Counted from the stretch's first letter, positions 9,679 through 18,910 are shown. The stretch is DNA of 44,429 nt from Chloroflexota bacterium (GCA_016200675.1 JACQEH010000058.1:1-44429); one strand, 5' to 3'. Notes: generated from the letters alone by a model not told the origin. Program-made: numbers and translations.

Positions 9679-10164
9679 ATGCGACTGCACCCCCGAGGAT
9701 TCGTCCTCGGGGGTCTCGTCCTCGGGGGTCTCGTCCTCGCGGCGCTCGCCCTCGGCGGCTGCGCCGTGAAGGAGACGCGCTCGGCGACCCCGCCGGGAAC
9801 TCCGGCGACATCGCCCGCGGCCTCGAACCCGGGCACCATCCCGGCCGCCCTTCGCGGCACCTACACGGCCGACATCGAGGGGACCACCGCCACGTCCGGA
9901 GTCTGGACGCTGACGATCACCGAAACCGACGTCCTGATCACCAACCCGCACAGCAGCGAGCCGTTCTCGGTCGATCCCCACGAGGTGACCGAGACGCTGA
10001 TGACACTGGTCCCCGCCCAGGATTGCCCCGACCAATCGGTGGTCACGACCGGCCGGTACTCGATCAGCCTCCAGGGTGACAAGCTCACCTTCACCGCCGT
10101 GCAGGACAGCTGCGGAGATCGAAAGGCCGTCCTGTCCACCTCGACCTGGACACGAAAGCCCTGA
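9679..10164 (+). CDS. Hypothetical lipoprotein
   Basis: Lipobox LGGC, Pro/Thr linker, beta-rich domain with a Cys pair. Confidence 0.8.
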   Translation: MRLHPRGFVLGGLVLGGLVLAALALGGCAVKETRSATPPGTPATSPAASNPGTIPAALRGTYTADIEGTTATSGVWTLTITETDVLITNPHSSEPFSVDPHEVTETLMTLVPAQDCPDQSVVTTGRYSISLQGDKLTFTAVQDSCGDRKAVLSTSTWTRKP

Positions 10165-10380
10165 CGACCGCAGCGGCGCTCGCGCCGTCGCCCGGTGCCG
10201 GGGGTCGGCGCGCGGTGCGCCGTGTCCACGTCGATTGGGCCGGCCGCTGGCGGAGTGGCGGGCTCGGGGTATCCTCTGCCCTCAGAGCGGGAGCGGGCCT
10301 CGTCCGGCGCCCGCTACCGGCTGACGTGATGGCAGCGCCCACCAGGGGCCGCGCTCAGGCGCGGGGGAGGTTCTCGGCAG

Positions 10381-12249
10381 ATGTCGCTGCTGCAGCGGGT
10401 CGAGAAGGCCCAACGCGGAGCCAACGCCGCTGATCCAGCGGCCGAGGCCACGGTCGACGCCGTCGGCGAAGCCGTCCAGGCGCCGCCGGAGACGCCCCCG
10501 ACCCCCGTCTCGCCGGTCGTCCCGAAGGTCGCCCGGACGCCGGCCCGCGAAGCACTCCTGGCCCAGATTCGCGAGGCGGTCCAGGTCGAGGTGATCGGCT
10601 CGTTCCAGTCGCTCCTCGAGGCCACCGACCCGGCCGAGGTCCGCACGGCGATCACCGGGATGATCGACCGGACGATCGCCAAGAACACCTTCGCCGTGAC
10701 GCGCGAGGAGCGCCTGAGCGTCATCGACGACGTCGTCCACGAGGTGACCGGCCTCGGCCCGCTCGAGCCGCTCCTGGCCGACCCGACCATCACCGAGGTC
10801 ATGGTCAACGGCCCCAACAACATCTTCATCGAGCGTGGCGGCAAGATCCAGCGGGTCCCGGTCACCTTCGTCAACGACGAGCACGTCCACCGGATCATCG
10901 ATCGGATCATCGCCCCGCTCGGCCGGCGCATCGACGAATCCAGCCCGCGCGTCGACGCCCGCCTGCCGGATGGCTCCCGCGTGAACGCGATCATCGCCCC
11001 GCTGTCCCTCATCGGCCCGGTCATCACCATCCGGAAGTTCGCCGCCAAGCCCTTCACGGTGCAGGACCTCATCGGCTTCGGGACGGCCTCGCCCCAGATG
11101 TTCGACTTCCTTCGCCACTGCGTCTGGGCCCGCCTCAACGTCTTCGTCTCGGGCGGCACCGGCTCGGGCAAGACGACGTTCCTGAACGTCCTGTCGTCGT
11201 TCATCCCGCCCGACGAGCGGATCGTGACCGTTGAGGACGCCGCCGAGCTGCAGCTCCGCCAGGAGCACGTGATCACGCTCGAAGCCCGGCCGGCGAACGC
11301 CGAGGGCACCGGCGAGGTCACGATCCGGGATCTCCTGAAGAACGCGATGCACATGCGACCCGACCGGATCATCGTCGGCGAATGCCGCTCGGCCGAGGCC
11401 CTCGACATGATCCAGGCGATGATGACGGGCCACGACGGCTCGCTCTCGACCGGCCACGCCAACACGACCCGGGACATGCTCCGCCGCCTCGAGACGATGA
11501 TCCTGATGACCGGCTACGAGCTCCCCCTGCGAGCGATCCGCGAGCAGATCGCCGCCGCGGTCGACGTCATCGTCCACACCGCCCGCCTCAAGGACGGCTC
11601 CCGCAAGATCGTCAACATCACCGAGGTCTACGGGATCGAGGACGACGAGATCCTGACCCAGGACATCTTCGTCTTCGAGCAGACGGGGGTGGGCGAGGAC
11701 GGCAAGGCCATCGGCGAGCTGCGCCCGACCGGCATCCGGCCGACCTTCATGGGCGTCTTCAAGGCAGCCGGCATCGAGCTGCCGGAGGGCGAGTTCGGGA
11801 TCCCGCCGCAGGACCCGACCAAGCCCGTGCCGCGGGGCAAGAGCCGCTGGTCCATCGGCGCCTCCGACGAGGCGGCGGAGAACGCGGCCGAGGCCCGGCG
11901 TGCCGTCGTCGGGCGCGGCCGGTCGGTCACGGCCGGCGGCATGGTCTACGTCTCCTCGGTCGGTCCCGTGGATCCCGACACCGGCCTCGTCGTCCGGGGC
12001 GACACGCGCGAGCACACCCGCCAGTGCATGCAGAACGTCAAGGCCCGCCTGGAGGCCGCCGGCAGCTCCCTCGACAAGGTGGTCTGGGCCAACTGGTGTC
12101 TGCGCGAGCCGGGCGAGTTCGACACCTTCAACGAGGAGTGGCTGCGCTGGTTCCCCGGTGACGTGCCCCTGGGCCAGGAGACGATGATGCCGCCGTCGCA
12201 TCGCCGGGCCGGCTTCCGCGTCTCGCTCGGGGTGATCGCCGAGGCGTAG
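10381..12249 (+). CDS. cpaF: TadA/CpaF secretion ATPase fused to a C-terminal RidA/YjgF-like domain
   Basis: EVMVNGP, RVDARLPDGSRVN, Walker A GGTGSGKTT, Asp box VEDAAEL, Walker B DRIIVGE, His box TGHDGSLSTGHAN; then Rid-like AGGMVYVS..GPVDP.TG...QCMQNVKARLEAAGSSLDKVV...FNEEW..WF. GGGAGG RBS. Confidence 0.9.
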   Translation: MSLLQRVEKAQRGANAADPAAEATVDAVGEAVQAPPETPPTPVSPVVPKVARTPAREALLAQIREAVQVEVIGSFQSLLEATDPAEVRTAITGMIDRTIAKNTFAVTREERLSVIDDVVHEVTGLGPLEPLLADPTITEVMVNGPNNIFIERGGKIQRVPVTFVNDEHVHRIIDRIIAPLGRRIDESSPRVDARLPDGSRVNAIIAPLSLIGPVITIRKFAAKPFTVQDLIGFGTASPQMFDFLRHCVWARLNVFVSGGTGSGKTTFLNVLSSFIPPDERIVTVEDAAELQLRQEHVITLEARPANAEGTGEVTIRDLLKNAMHMRPDRIIVGECRSAEALDMIQAMMTGHDGSLSTGHANTTRDMLRRLETMILMTGYELPLRAIREQIAAAVDVIVHTARLKDGSRKIVNITEVYGIEDDEILTQDIFVFEQTGVGEDGKAIGELRPTGIRPTFMGVFKAAGIELPEGEFGIPPQDPTKPVPRGKSRWSIGASDEAAENAAEARRAVVGRGRSVTAGGMVYVSSVGPVDPDTGLVVRGDTREHTRQCMQNVKARLEAAGSSLDKVVWANWCLREPGEFDTFNEEWLRWFPGDVPLGQETMMPPSHRRAGFRVSLGVIAEA

Positions 12250-12265
12250 TCGATACACTGCGCCG

Positions 12266-13858
12266 ATGGCCAGCCGGACAATCACGATTGGCGGCACCAG
12301 CTACCCGGTGGTCCTGCCAAGCCTCCGCGATCCGCGCCTGCATGTGGCGGCGGTCATCATCACGATCCACGTCCTGGGGCAGGTCGGGCTCGGCTTCCGG
12401 GTGAGCGTGCCTCAGATCCTGGCCGCGATCCTGACCTGCGCGATCATCGAGATGGTCCTGACCTTCCGGACCAGCCGGGCCTTCGTCTGGCCGGCCAGCG
12501 CGATGCTGACGGGCAGCGGTGTGGCCCTCATCCTGCGCGTCGTCGGGACCCCGATCGGCGATCACTGGACCCTCTACGCCTGGTACGCCTACGCCGGAAT
12601 CGCCGGGCTCTCGCTGCTCTCGAAGTACGTCATCCGCTACCGCGGGTCGCACGTCTTCAACCCCTCGAACATCGGCCTCGTCGCGGCCTTCGTGGTCCTC
12701 GGCAGTGGGCGGGTGGAGCCCCTCGACTTCTGGTGGTCCCGGCTCGACGGCTGGATGCTCGCCGCGTATGCCGTGATCATCGTCGGCGGGCTCCTCATCA
12801 CCCGTCGCCTCCACCTCCTGGCCCTCGGCGCGGCGTTCTGGCTGACGCTCGCGGCCGGCGTCGGCGTCCTCGCCGGGTCGGGCCACTGCATGACCGCGAA
12901 CTGGGCCTTCGCGCCGGTCTGCGGCGCCGACTTCTGGCGGGTGATCGTGACCTCGCCCGAGGTCCTGATCTTCCTCTTCTTCATGATCACCGACCCCAAG
13001 ACCACGCCGGGCGGCCAGGTCGGGCGGGTCGCCTTCGGGGTCCTCGTCGGGATCGTCAGCACGCTCCTGATGGCGCCCCAGACCAACGAGTTCGGGACGA
13101 AGGTCGGCCTGCTCGCCGGCCTGGTCGTCGTGTGCGCGGCGCGACCGATCATCGACCGCCTGGTCCCCGAGCCACGCTCGGCCGCCGATCAGCTCGGCGC
13201 CTTTGCGACGCGTCTGGTGACGGGCGGGGCGCCGGGTGGGGGCGTCGTGCGCCCGGCCGCTCGGGCGATTGCCTTGGCCGTCGCCGTGCTCGGTGTCGGA
13301 ACCGGGATCGTCCTCGCCGGCACGCCGGCGCGGGGCCTGGTGCTGCCTGACGTGGCCGAGGTCCTGAACCGCGTGCCACGCCACGTCGATCCGGCGACGT
13401 TCCCGACGATCACCGTCCGCCAGGACGTCACGGATTTCGACCCGTCGATGGCCGGCGCTGGGGCACAGGAGCTGCTGCTCACCCTCGCCGAGAACCTCGA
13501 GCTCGAGAACCAGGCCCTCCTGCGCAAGGACGACTCGATCCTCGTGGCGGTCGATCACGGCGATCGCCTGGTCGAGATGCAGGGACGCCTCGCCGCAACG
13601 CGAGCGAGCGGCAGCACCAGGATCACCCGGTACCAGATCGCGGCGGCCACCCTGGCCCTGCTCGTGCCGTTCGGGCGCCAGGACGGCCTGAGCCTCGGCT
13701 TCGACGCACGGGGCACGATGGTCGAGGACACCTACGACGCGGCCGGGACCGTGACCGCCCGTGACTCGAAGCCGTTCGCCCTGACCTTCGTCGTCCGCCG
13801 GGCGACCGGCGGACGCTGGCTCAACGTGGCCGTCCTGCCGGCGGGTTCGGGGACCTGA
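12266..13858 (+). CDS. RnfD/NqrB-related (UnbU-like) multi-TM protein with extra C-terminal soluble domain
   Basis: HVFNPSNIG and FLFFMITDPKTTP motifs, about 10-11 TM segments; TACACT -10 box 6 nt before ATG. Confidence 0.75.
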   Translation: MASRTITIGGTSYPVVLPSLRDPRLHVAAVIITIHVLGQVGLGFRVSVPQILAAILTCAIIEMVLTFRTSRAFVWPASAMLTGSGVALILRVVGTPIGDHWTLYAWYAYAGIAGLSLLSKYVIRYRGSHVFNPSNIGLVAAFVVLGSGRVEPLDFWWSRLDGWMLAAYAVIIVGGLLITRRLHLLALGAAFWLTLAAGVGVLAGSGHCMTANWAFAPVCGADFWRVIVTSPEVLIFLFFMITDPKTTPGGQVGRVAFGVLVGIVSTLLMAPQTNEFGTKVGLLAGLVVVCAARPIIDRLVPEPRSAADQLGAFATRLVTGGAPGGGVVRPAARAIALAVAVLGVGTGIVLAGTPARGLVLPDVAEVLNRVPRHVDPATFPTITVRQDVTDFDPSMAGAGAQELLLTLAENLELENQALLRKDDSILVAVDHGDRLVEMQGRLAATRASGSTRITRYQIAAATLALLVPFGRQDGLSLGFDARGTMVEDTYDAAGTVTARDSKPFALTFVVRRATGGRWLNVAVLPAGSGT

Positions 13859-13913
13859 TCACGGCTGCGGCATACTCTCGATGACAACCTGACGGACCGG
13901 GGAGACGCGGCTG

Positions 13914-14531
13914 ATGGCACGGGACGACGAGCGACTGGCACGAGCCCAGGAGGCGCCGATCATGGGCGGCCTGCCCGATGCGCCCGGGATCAACGTCGCG
14001 ATGCGGCTCACGCCGGGGCTCGGCGTCCACCTCCGCGGACTTGCCGACGAGCTGCTCGTCAAGGACTTCCCTGGGGCCACCATCGAGCGGGCCGACCGCG
14101 AGATGCTGGCGACCGCGGTCTCCGCCGCCAACGACTGCTTCTTCTGCATGGATTCCCACGGTGCCTTCGCGACCGCCCTCCTCGAGCAGACGGGCGCGAC
14201 CGAGCGGACGGCCCTCATCGACAGCGTCAAGGTCGGCTCGTCCGACGGCTTCGACGCCAAGATGCGGGCCCTCCTCCACATCGCCCGCACCGTCCGGCGC
14301 AACGGGCGCGACGTCACGACCGCGGACATCGCCGCGGCCCACGCGGCGGGGGCCAGCGAGGCCGACGTCCAGCTGGCGGTCCTCATCGCCGCCGCCTTCT
14401 CGATGTACAACCGGATGGTCGACGGCTTCCGGGCCCGGACCATGCCGAGCCCCGAGGCCTACCGCGCCCGCGCCGGCGAAATCGCGGCCAACGGCTACAG
14501 CGTTCCGCCGGTGCCATCGGCTCCGCGGTAG
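13914..14531 (+). CDS. AhpD/carboxymuconolactone-decarboxylase-family peroxidase-related protein
   Basis: REMLATAVSAANDCFFCMDSH (CxxCxxxH) and MYNRMVDG. Confidence 0.88.
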   Translation: MARDDERLARAQEAPIMGGLPDAPGINVAMRLTPGLGVHLRGLADELLVKDFPGATIERADREMLATAVSAANDCFFCMDSHGAFATALLEQTGATERTALIDSVKVGSSDGFDAKMRALLHIARTVRRNGRDVTTADIAAAHAAGASEADVQLAVLIAAAFSMYNRMVDGFRARTMPSPEAYRARAGEIAANGYSVPPVPSAPR

Positions 14532-14559
14532 ACCGGCCCCGCCTCGCGGCACCCTTCGA

Positions 14560-15294
14560 TCAGCGCCAGTCGACGTTCACGACCTCAATCGGTTCGGAGA
14601 GGCCCTTGAGCGTTGCGCTCCGCGGGTTCGACGTCCGGGTCGACTCCCCGACCGTCGCGACGCTGGCGACGATCTCGCCGGCGCCGCCGAGGGCGGCGAT
14701 GCGGGCGGCCTCGTGGACGCCCTTGCCGTGGAAGTCGCCGCCGACCCGGGTCGCATCGGAGGCGTGGAGGCCGATCCGGACCTGGGGCGCAAAGCCCTGG
14801 GTCGCGCGCTGCTCGGCGAGCCGGCGCTGGATCGCGATCGCGGCCGCGACGGCGAGGTCGGGCGAGTCGAAGCTCACGAAGAAGCCGTCGCCCGTCGTCG
14901 AGATCTCCTCGCCGCCCTGGGCCGTGAACACCTCGCGCAGGGCCGCGTTGTGCCAGCGCAGCATCGCCTCCCAGGCCTCGTCGCCGAGCACTTCGACGAG
15001 GTTCGTCGAGCCCACGATGTCCGTGAACATGAAGGTCTTGAGGACCCGGCGGGCGGGGCCCGTCTTGCCGCGCAGCTGCCACGGCAGGAGCTCGGAGACA
15101 TCCTCCAGGATGATCGCGGCGGTCGGGCAGGAGAAGGCCGCCGCTCGCAGGATCTCCTCGTCCACGCTGTCGGGACCCACGACATCGCTCTTGCCGAAGT
15201 CGCCGGCCAGCCAGTCGAACGCTGTCGGGGCCAGGGTGATGCAGTTGCCCGCGCCGATGCACTTGTGGCGGTCGACCCGCGCCCGGATGGCCAT
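14560..15294 (-). CDS. Ferredoxin fused to class III adenylate/guanylate cyclase
   Basis: VDRHKCIGAGNC..AP..F...CPTAAI, then FTDIVGST, TGDGF, RIGLH, VHEAARI and LKGL. The ATG overlaps the upstream TGA. Confidence 0.9.
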   Translation of the reverse strand: MAIRARVDRHKCIGAGNCITLAPTAFDWLAGDFGKSDVVGPDSVDEEILRAAAFSCPTAAIILEDVSELLPWQLRGKTGPARRVLKTFMFTDIVGSTNLVEVLGDEAWEAMLRWHNAALREVFTAQGGEEISTTGDGFFVSFDSPDLAVAAAIAIQRRLAEQRATQGFAPQVRIGLHASDATRVGGDFHGKGVHEAARIAALGGAGEIVASVATVGESTRTSNPRSATLKGLSEPIEVVNVDWR

Positions 15295-18200
15295 CAGCGG
15301 GAACCAACCGCGGCCAGCCCGCGGAACGCCAGCGAGGTCGCTTCGGCACGGGTGGCGGTTCCCAGCCGGGCGAAGAGCCGCGCCAGGCGGGCCACCACCT
15401 CGCCCTCGGCGAGCTCGAGGTCGGCGGCGATCTGGGCGTTGGTCCGGCCCTCCGTCAGGAGCTGCAACAGCTGCCGTTCGGCCTCGTCCAGGCTTGGCTG
15501 GCCAGCGGGCCCCGACGCCCCCGCCGCCGATGTCGCCGGCGCATCCAGGCGACCCGCGAGCTCGACGAGCTGGCGCCCGACGGGGCCGGTCAACCAGGCG
15601 ACGCGGACCTTCTCGTCGGCCGTCCCCTGCGCGATTCGGGCCAGTGTCTGCTGGAGATATCCGCGCACGAACTCCTGCATCTCGGGCGGCCCGTCGGCGA
15701 GCACCGCCCGAGCCGCGGGGAGCACGATCTCGAGGCTCACGTCCTCGTGGAGCGCGGCCTGGAGCGCCTCGAAGGCCGCGCCGCCGGCCATGACCGCAGT
15801 CCCCAGATCGCCTCGCGCATACGCGACCGCGGAAAGCGCGGCGTCGACCTGGGCACCCCATGGCGCATGCCCGGGAAGGAGCGGCAGGAGCTCCTTCACC
15901 TGGGCGGCGGTGCGCTCGACGAGCTCCGTGAGCGCCGGATCCGGGGGGTTCGGCGCGGGGCGCGCGGCGACGAGCCCAGCAGCCTCGGTGGCGAGGCGGG
16001 CAAGGGCCTCGCAGCGCGCGGACGTCCGTCCGCTGTCCGTGGCCATCGCGATCGCCTTCTCGAGGTGCTCGCGCATGCCAGTGGCGTCGCCGGCGCCCGC
16101 CCGGACCATGCCCCGCCAGGTCTCGAGCTGGATCGAGCGGCTCCGGGACGGCGACATGGCGGCGGCGGCGGCGGCCAGGCTGACCCAGCGCTCGGCGGCG
16201 CCGAGGTCGCCGAGCTCGAGCGAGGCCAGCGCGACGCCGCCGGCGGCCAGGAACTCGATCGCCCGATCCCCCTGGAGCCGGGCAGCCCGGTAGGCGTCCT
16301 CGCCCCGGGACAGGGCCGCGTCGGGGACGATCTTGGCCCGGGCCCAGACGTGAACCCCGAACAGCATCTGGAGGTCGAGGCGGGCCCGCTCGCTCTCCGT
16401 GACGAGCTCCGTCAGGTGGCTCGTGACCCGCCGGATCTCCTCGAGGTGACGGACCGAGGACGCGAAGTGGATGGCCGCCCCGTAGCGCGCGTAGGCCATG
16501 GCGATGACGGTCGACATGACGCCGGTCCGGTCGCCGAGGCGCTCGAAGATACCCAGGGCGCGTTCGAGGACCTGGGTCGATTCGATGAACAGCGGGGCGA
16601 CCGGCGACGCGAGGATCATGTCCTCGACGCTGACGCCCGAGGCCAGCATCGCCAGCAGGTCCGCCGCCCGGCCCGCCCGGACCTCGCCGGACAGCCAGCT
16701 GCGGCCCTTCGCGAAGTCGATCGTCCCGATCTCGCGGAGGGCGGCCGCGAGGCTGTGATCGTCGTGCAGCTGCTCCGCCAGGGCGATGGCCCGCCGATAC
16801 GCCTCATCAGCGCCATCGATGTCCATCTCGATGGCGGCCCCGCCGAAGGATTCGCCGAGCGGGCTCCGGAGGAGTGCCTGGCCGAGCTCGAGCGACGCCC
16901 GCAGCTCGAGCGCCGCATCGCCGCGCTCCGCGGCGCGGACACGGACGCGACGGGCCAGCTCCGCGGCGGCTTCCTCGTCATGGCTGATCCGGAGCGCCGA
17001 GGCGCGGCGCAGCTGGACATCCAGCTCGATCGCGGGATCCCGCATCGCCTCCGCGAGCGCCGCCAGCTCCGTCAGGCCATCGAGCCGCTCGGCGGTCCGC
17101 CGAAGGACGGCGTAGGCGTCATCGCGCGTCGCGAGCAGCACCCGCCGATCGGCGGGGGACGAGACGACGGGCAGCGCCTGCTCGACGAGCCGGAGCGCCT
17201 CCTCCGGGGCATTGGAGGCCAGGGCCGCCGTGGCCGCGTCGATCGAGAAGCGCGCCGCACGGCCGGTGTCGCCGGCAGCGAGTGCGTGCTGGGCGAGCAT
17301 CGGCAGGCCGGCCGGGGCTGGGTCGCCGCCCTCGAGCAGGAGGTCGACGACCGCCGCATGGACCTGCCGGCGGCGGGCGGCGGAGAGCTGGCCGGCCGCG
17401 AACTGGCGGACCTGCTCGTGGGTGAAGGTGTAGTCGGCCGGCTCACCATGGGCCTGGGACAGGAGCAGCCCCGCCCGGACCGCGGGCGCAAGATCGACGG
17501 CAAGCTGGTCGACCCCGTCGTCGAGGCCCGTCGGCGCTCCTTCGCCTGCCACGCCCGGCCCCGCGGGCCCCGCCGGCGCCGCCGCTGTCGGTCCCACGTC
17601 GCCCTCGCCGATGCGTGCCCGGATCGCCCGGAGGTCGCGCAGGCTGAAGCTCCGGCCGAGGATCGCGGCATCGCCGAGGACCGCCCGGGTCCGAGCCGGG
17701 AATCGCGCGGCGCGGCGATCGATGAGCGTCCGGACCGCGGACGGCACGAGCCTCGCGGCGTTCCGCCCGAGCCGCCACTCCCCGTCGACCTGCTGGAGCG
17801 TGCCAGCCTCGCGGTGCGTCCGGGCCAGCTCTTCCACGATGAAGGGCACGCCCTCGGATTGGACGTGCATCGCGGCCGCCGAGACAGGGTCGCACGGCCC
17901 GCCCAGGACCCGCTTCAGGAGCTCGGCCGTCTCGACCGAGCTGAAGCGTCCCGGCCGGAGCCGCCGGACGAGGCCCATGCGCTCCATGTCGGCGACGAAG
18001 TTCACCGCCTCGGTGACCGTCGCGAACTCGTCCGGCCGGATCGTCAGGAAGAGGAAGATTGGCCGGTCGGCGTCGCTCCGGACCATGTAGCGAAGCAGCC
18101 TCAGGGTGTCGTCGTCGGCCCACTGGACGTCGTCGATGAGGATCGCGAGCGGTCTGACCTCCGCCAGCGCCGCGACGGCGATGCCGGCGAGGTCGAAGGC

Positions 18201-18677
18201 CCGGAGGAGCTTTGCGTCCGGCGTCAGGGTCTCGAAGCCGCGCTCGTCGCGTCCGGAGATGGCCTCGACGACGCGGGCGACGGCCGCCTCGGCCGGCGTC
18301 CCTGCGGCCGTGTCCCGGATGGCGGCGGCCGCGAAGAGGCTCCTCGCCACCAGGAACGGCCCACGGATCTCCTCGTCGGCGGTGATCGCGATGCCGGTGA
18401 AGCCACTCGCCGATGCCTGCTCGGCGGCGGCCAGCAGGAGTCGCGTCTTGCCTATGCCGGGCTCACCCTCCAGCGTCACCGCCGCGAGGCGGCTCGTCGC
18501 CTCCTTCAGCTCGCGGGCGATCGCGTCGAGCTCGGCGCTCCGCCCGATGACCGCACCGGTCGCCCGGCGAAGCTGGACCGCGAGCGAGCACTGGGGTCCC
18601 ACGAGGGGGTCGAGGGCACCGCCGTCGCCAGCCCGAGGAGGCGGGGCGGGCGCGAGGGACGTCACATCGCCCGGCAT
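15294..18677 (-). CDS. STAND-type AAA ATPase with helical repeats and C-terminal LuxR-like HTH
   Basis: IGRSAEL, Walker A GEPGIGKTRL, Walker B IDDVQWAD, SEGVPFIVEEL, YTFTHEQVR; C-terminal ERQLLQLLTEGRTNAQIA. Confidence 0.9.
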   Translation of the reverse strand: MPGDVTSLAPAPPPRAGDGGALDPLVGPQCSLAVQLRRATGAVIGRSAELDAIARELKEATSRLAAVTLEGEPGIGKTRLLLAAAEQASASGFTGIAITADEEIRGPFLVARSLFAAAAIRDTAAGTPAEAAVARVVEAISGRDERGFETLTPDAKLLRAFDLAGIAVAALAEVRPLAILIDDVQWADDDTLRLLRYMVRSDADRPIFLFLTIRPDEFATVTEAVNFVADMERMGLVRRLRPGRFSSVETAELLKRVLGGPCDPVSAAAMHVQSEGVPFIVEELARTHREAGTLQQVDGEWRLGRNAARLVPSAVRTLIDRRAARFPARTRAVLGDAAILGRSFSLRDLRAIRARIGEGDVGPTAAAPAGPAGPGVAGEGAPTGLDDGVDQLAVDLAPAVRAGLLLSQAHGEPADYTFTHEQVRQFAAGQLSAARRRQVHAAVVDLLLEGGDPAPAGLPMLAQHALAAGDTGRAARFSIDAATAALASNAPEEALRLVEQALPVVSSPADRRVLLATRDDAYAVLRRTAERLDGLTELAALAEAMRDPAIELDVQLRRASALRISHDEEAAAELARRVRVRAAERGDAALELRASLELGQALLRSPLGESFGGAAIEMDIDGADEAYRRAIALAEQLHDDHSLAAALREIGTIDFAKGRSWLSGEVRAGRAADLLAMLASGVSVEDMILASPVAPLFIESTQVLERALGIFERLGDRTGVMSTVIAMAYARYGAAIHFASSVRHLEEIRRVTSHLTELVTESERARLDLQMLFGVHVWARAKIVPDAALSRGEDAYRAARLQGDRAIEFLAAGGVALASLELGDLGAAERWVSLAAAAAAMSPSRSRSIQLETWRGMVRAGAGDATGMREHLEKAIAMATDSGRTSARCEALARLATEAAGLVAARPAPNPPDPALTELVERTAAQVKELLPLLPGHAPWGAQVDAALSAVAYARGDLGTAVMAGGAAFEALQAALHEDVSLEIVLPAARAVLADGPPEMQEFVRGYLQQTLARIAQGTADEKVRVAWLTGPVGRQLVELAGRLDAPATSAAGASGPAGQPSLDEAERQLLQLLTEGRTNAQIAADLELAEGEVVARLARLFARLGTATRAEATSLAFRGLAAVGSR

Positions 18678-18680
18678 GCC

Positions 18681-18727
18681 GCCGATTATGACCAGGTTGC
18701 CACGTGGCCTACCTGGTCATGGTCAGC
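18681..18727. promoter_or_regulatory. 47-bp imperfect palindrome overlapping the -10 box of the STAND gene
   Basis: ATGACCAGGT/ACCTGGTCAT perfect arms around GCCACGTGGC; minus-strand CATAAT at 18685-18690, 7 nt before the ATG. Confidence 0.65.
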
Positions 18728-18910
18728 CTGGTCGTCGCACTGAGCGTCGGAGGGGTTGGCGACCGCGGCCGGCTGGGCCGATGCCGAGGACTGGTCACCT
18801 ACGCTGCTCCCGCAGGGGAGCGGACACCTGCGAATGCATCCGAAGCACGGGATTCCTGGCCCACTCCAGCGGGAGCGTTGACCAACCCGGGGTGGGATGC
18901 CACCCCGAGC

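Noticed and set aside
9701..9740. 15-bp tandem duplication (VLGGL) in the lipoprotein signal peptide
   Set aside because: In-frame and only lengthens the hydrophobic segment; no evident function.
15747..18743. 998-aa plus-strand ORF and other long overlapping ORFs (e.g. 36066-39218, 13978-16293, 10282-12297)
   Set aside because: Antisense shadows of motif-bearing genes, typical of high-GC DNA; no recognisable motifs.
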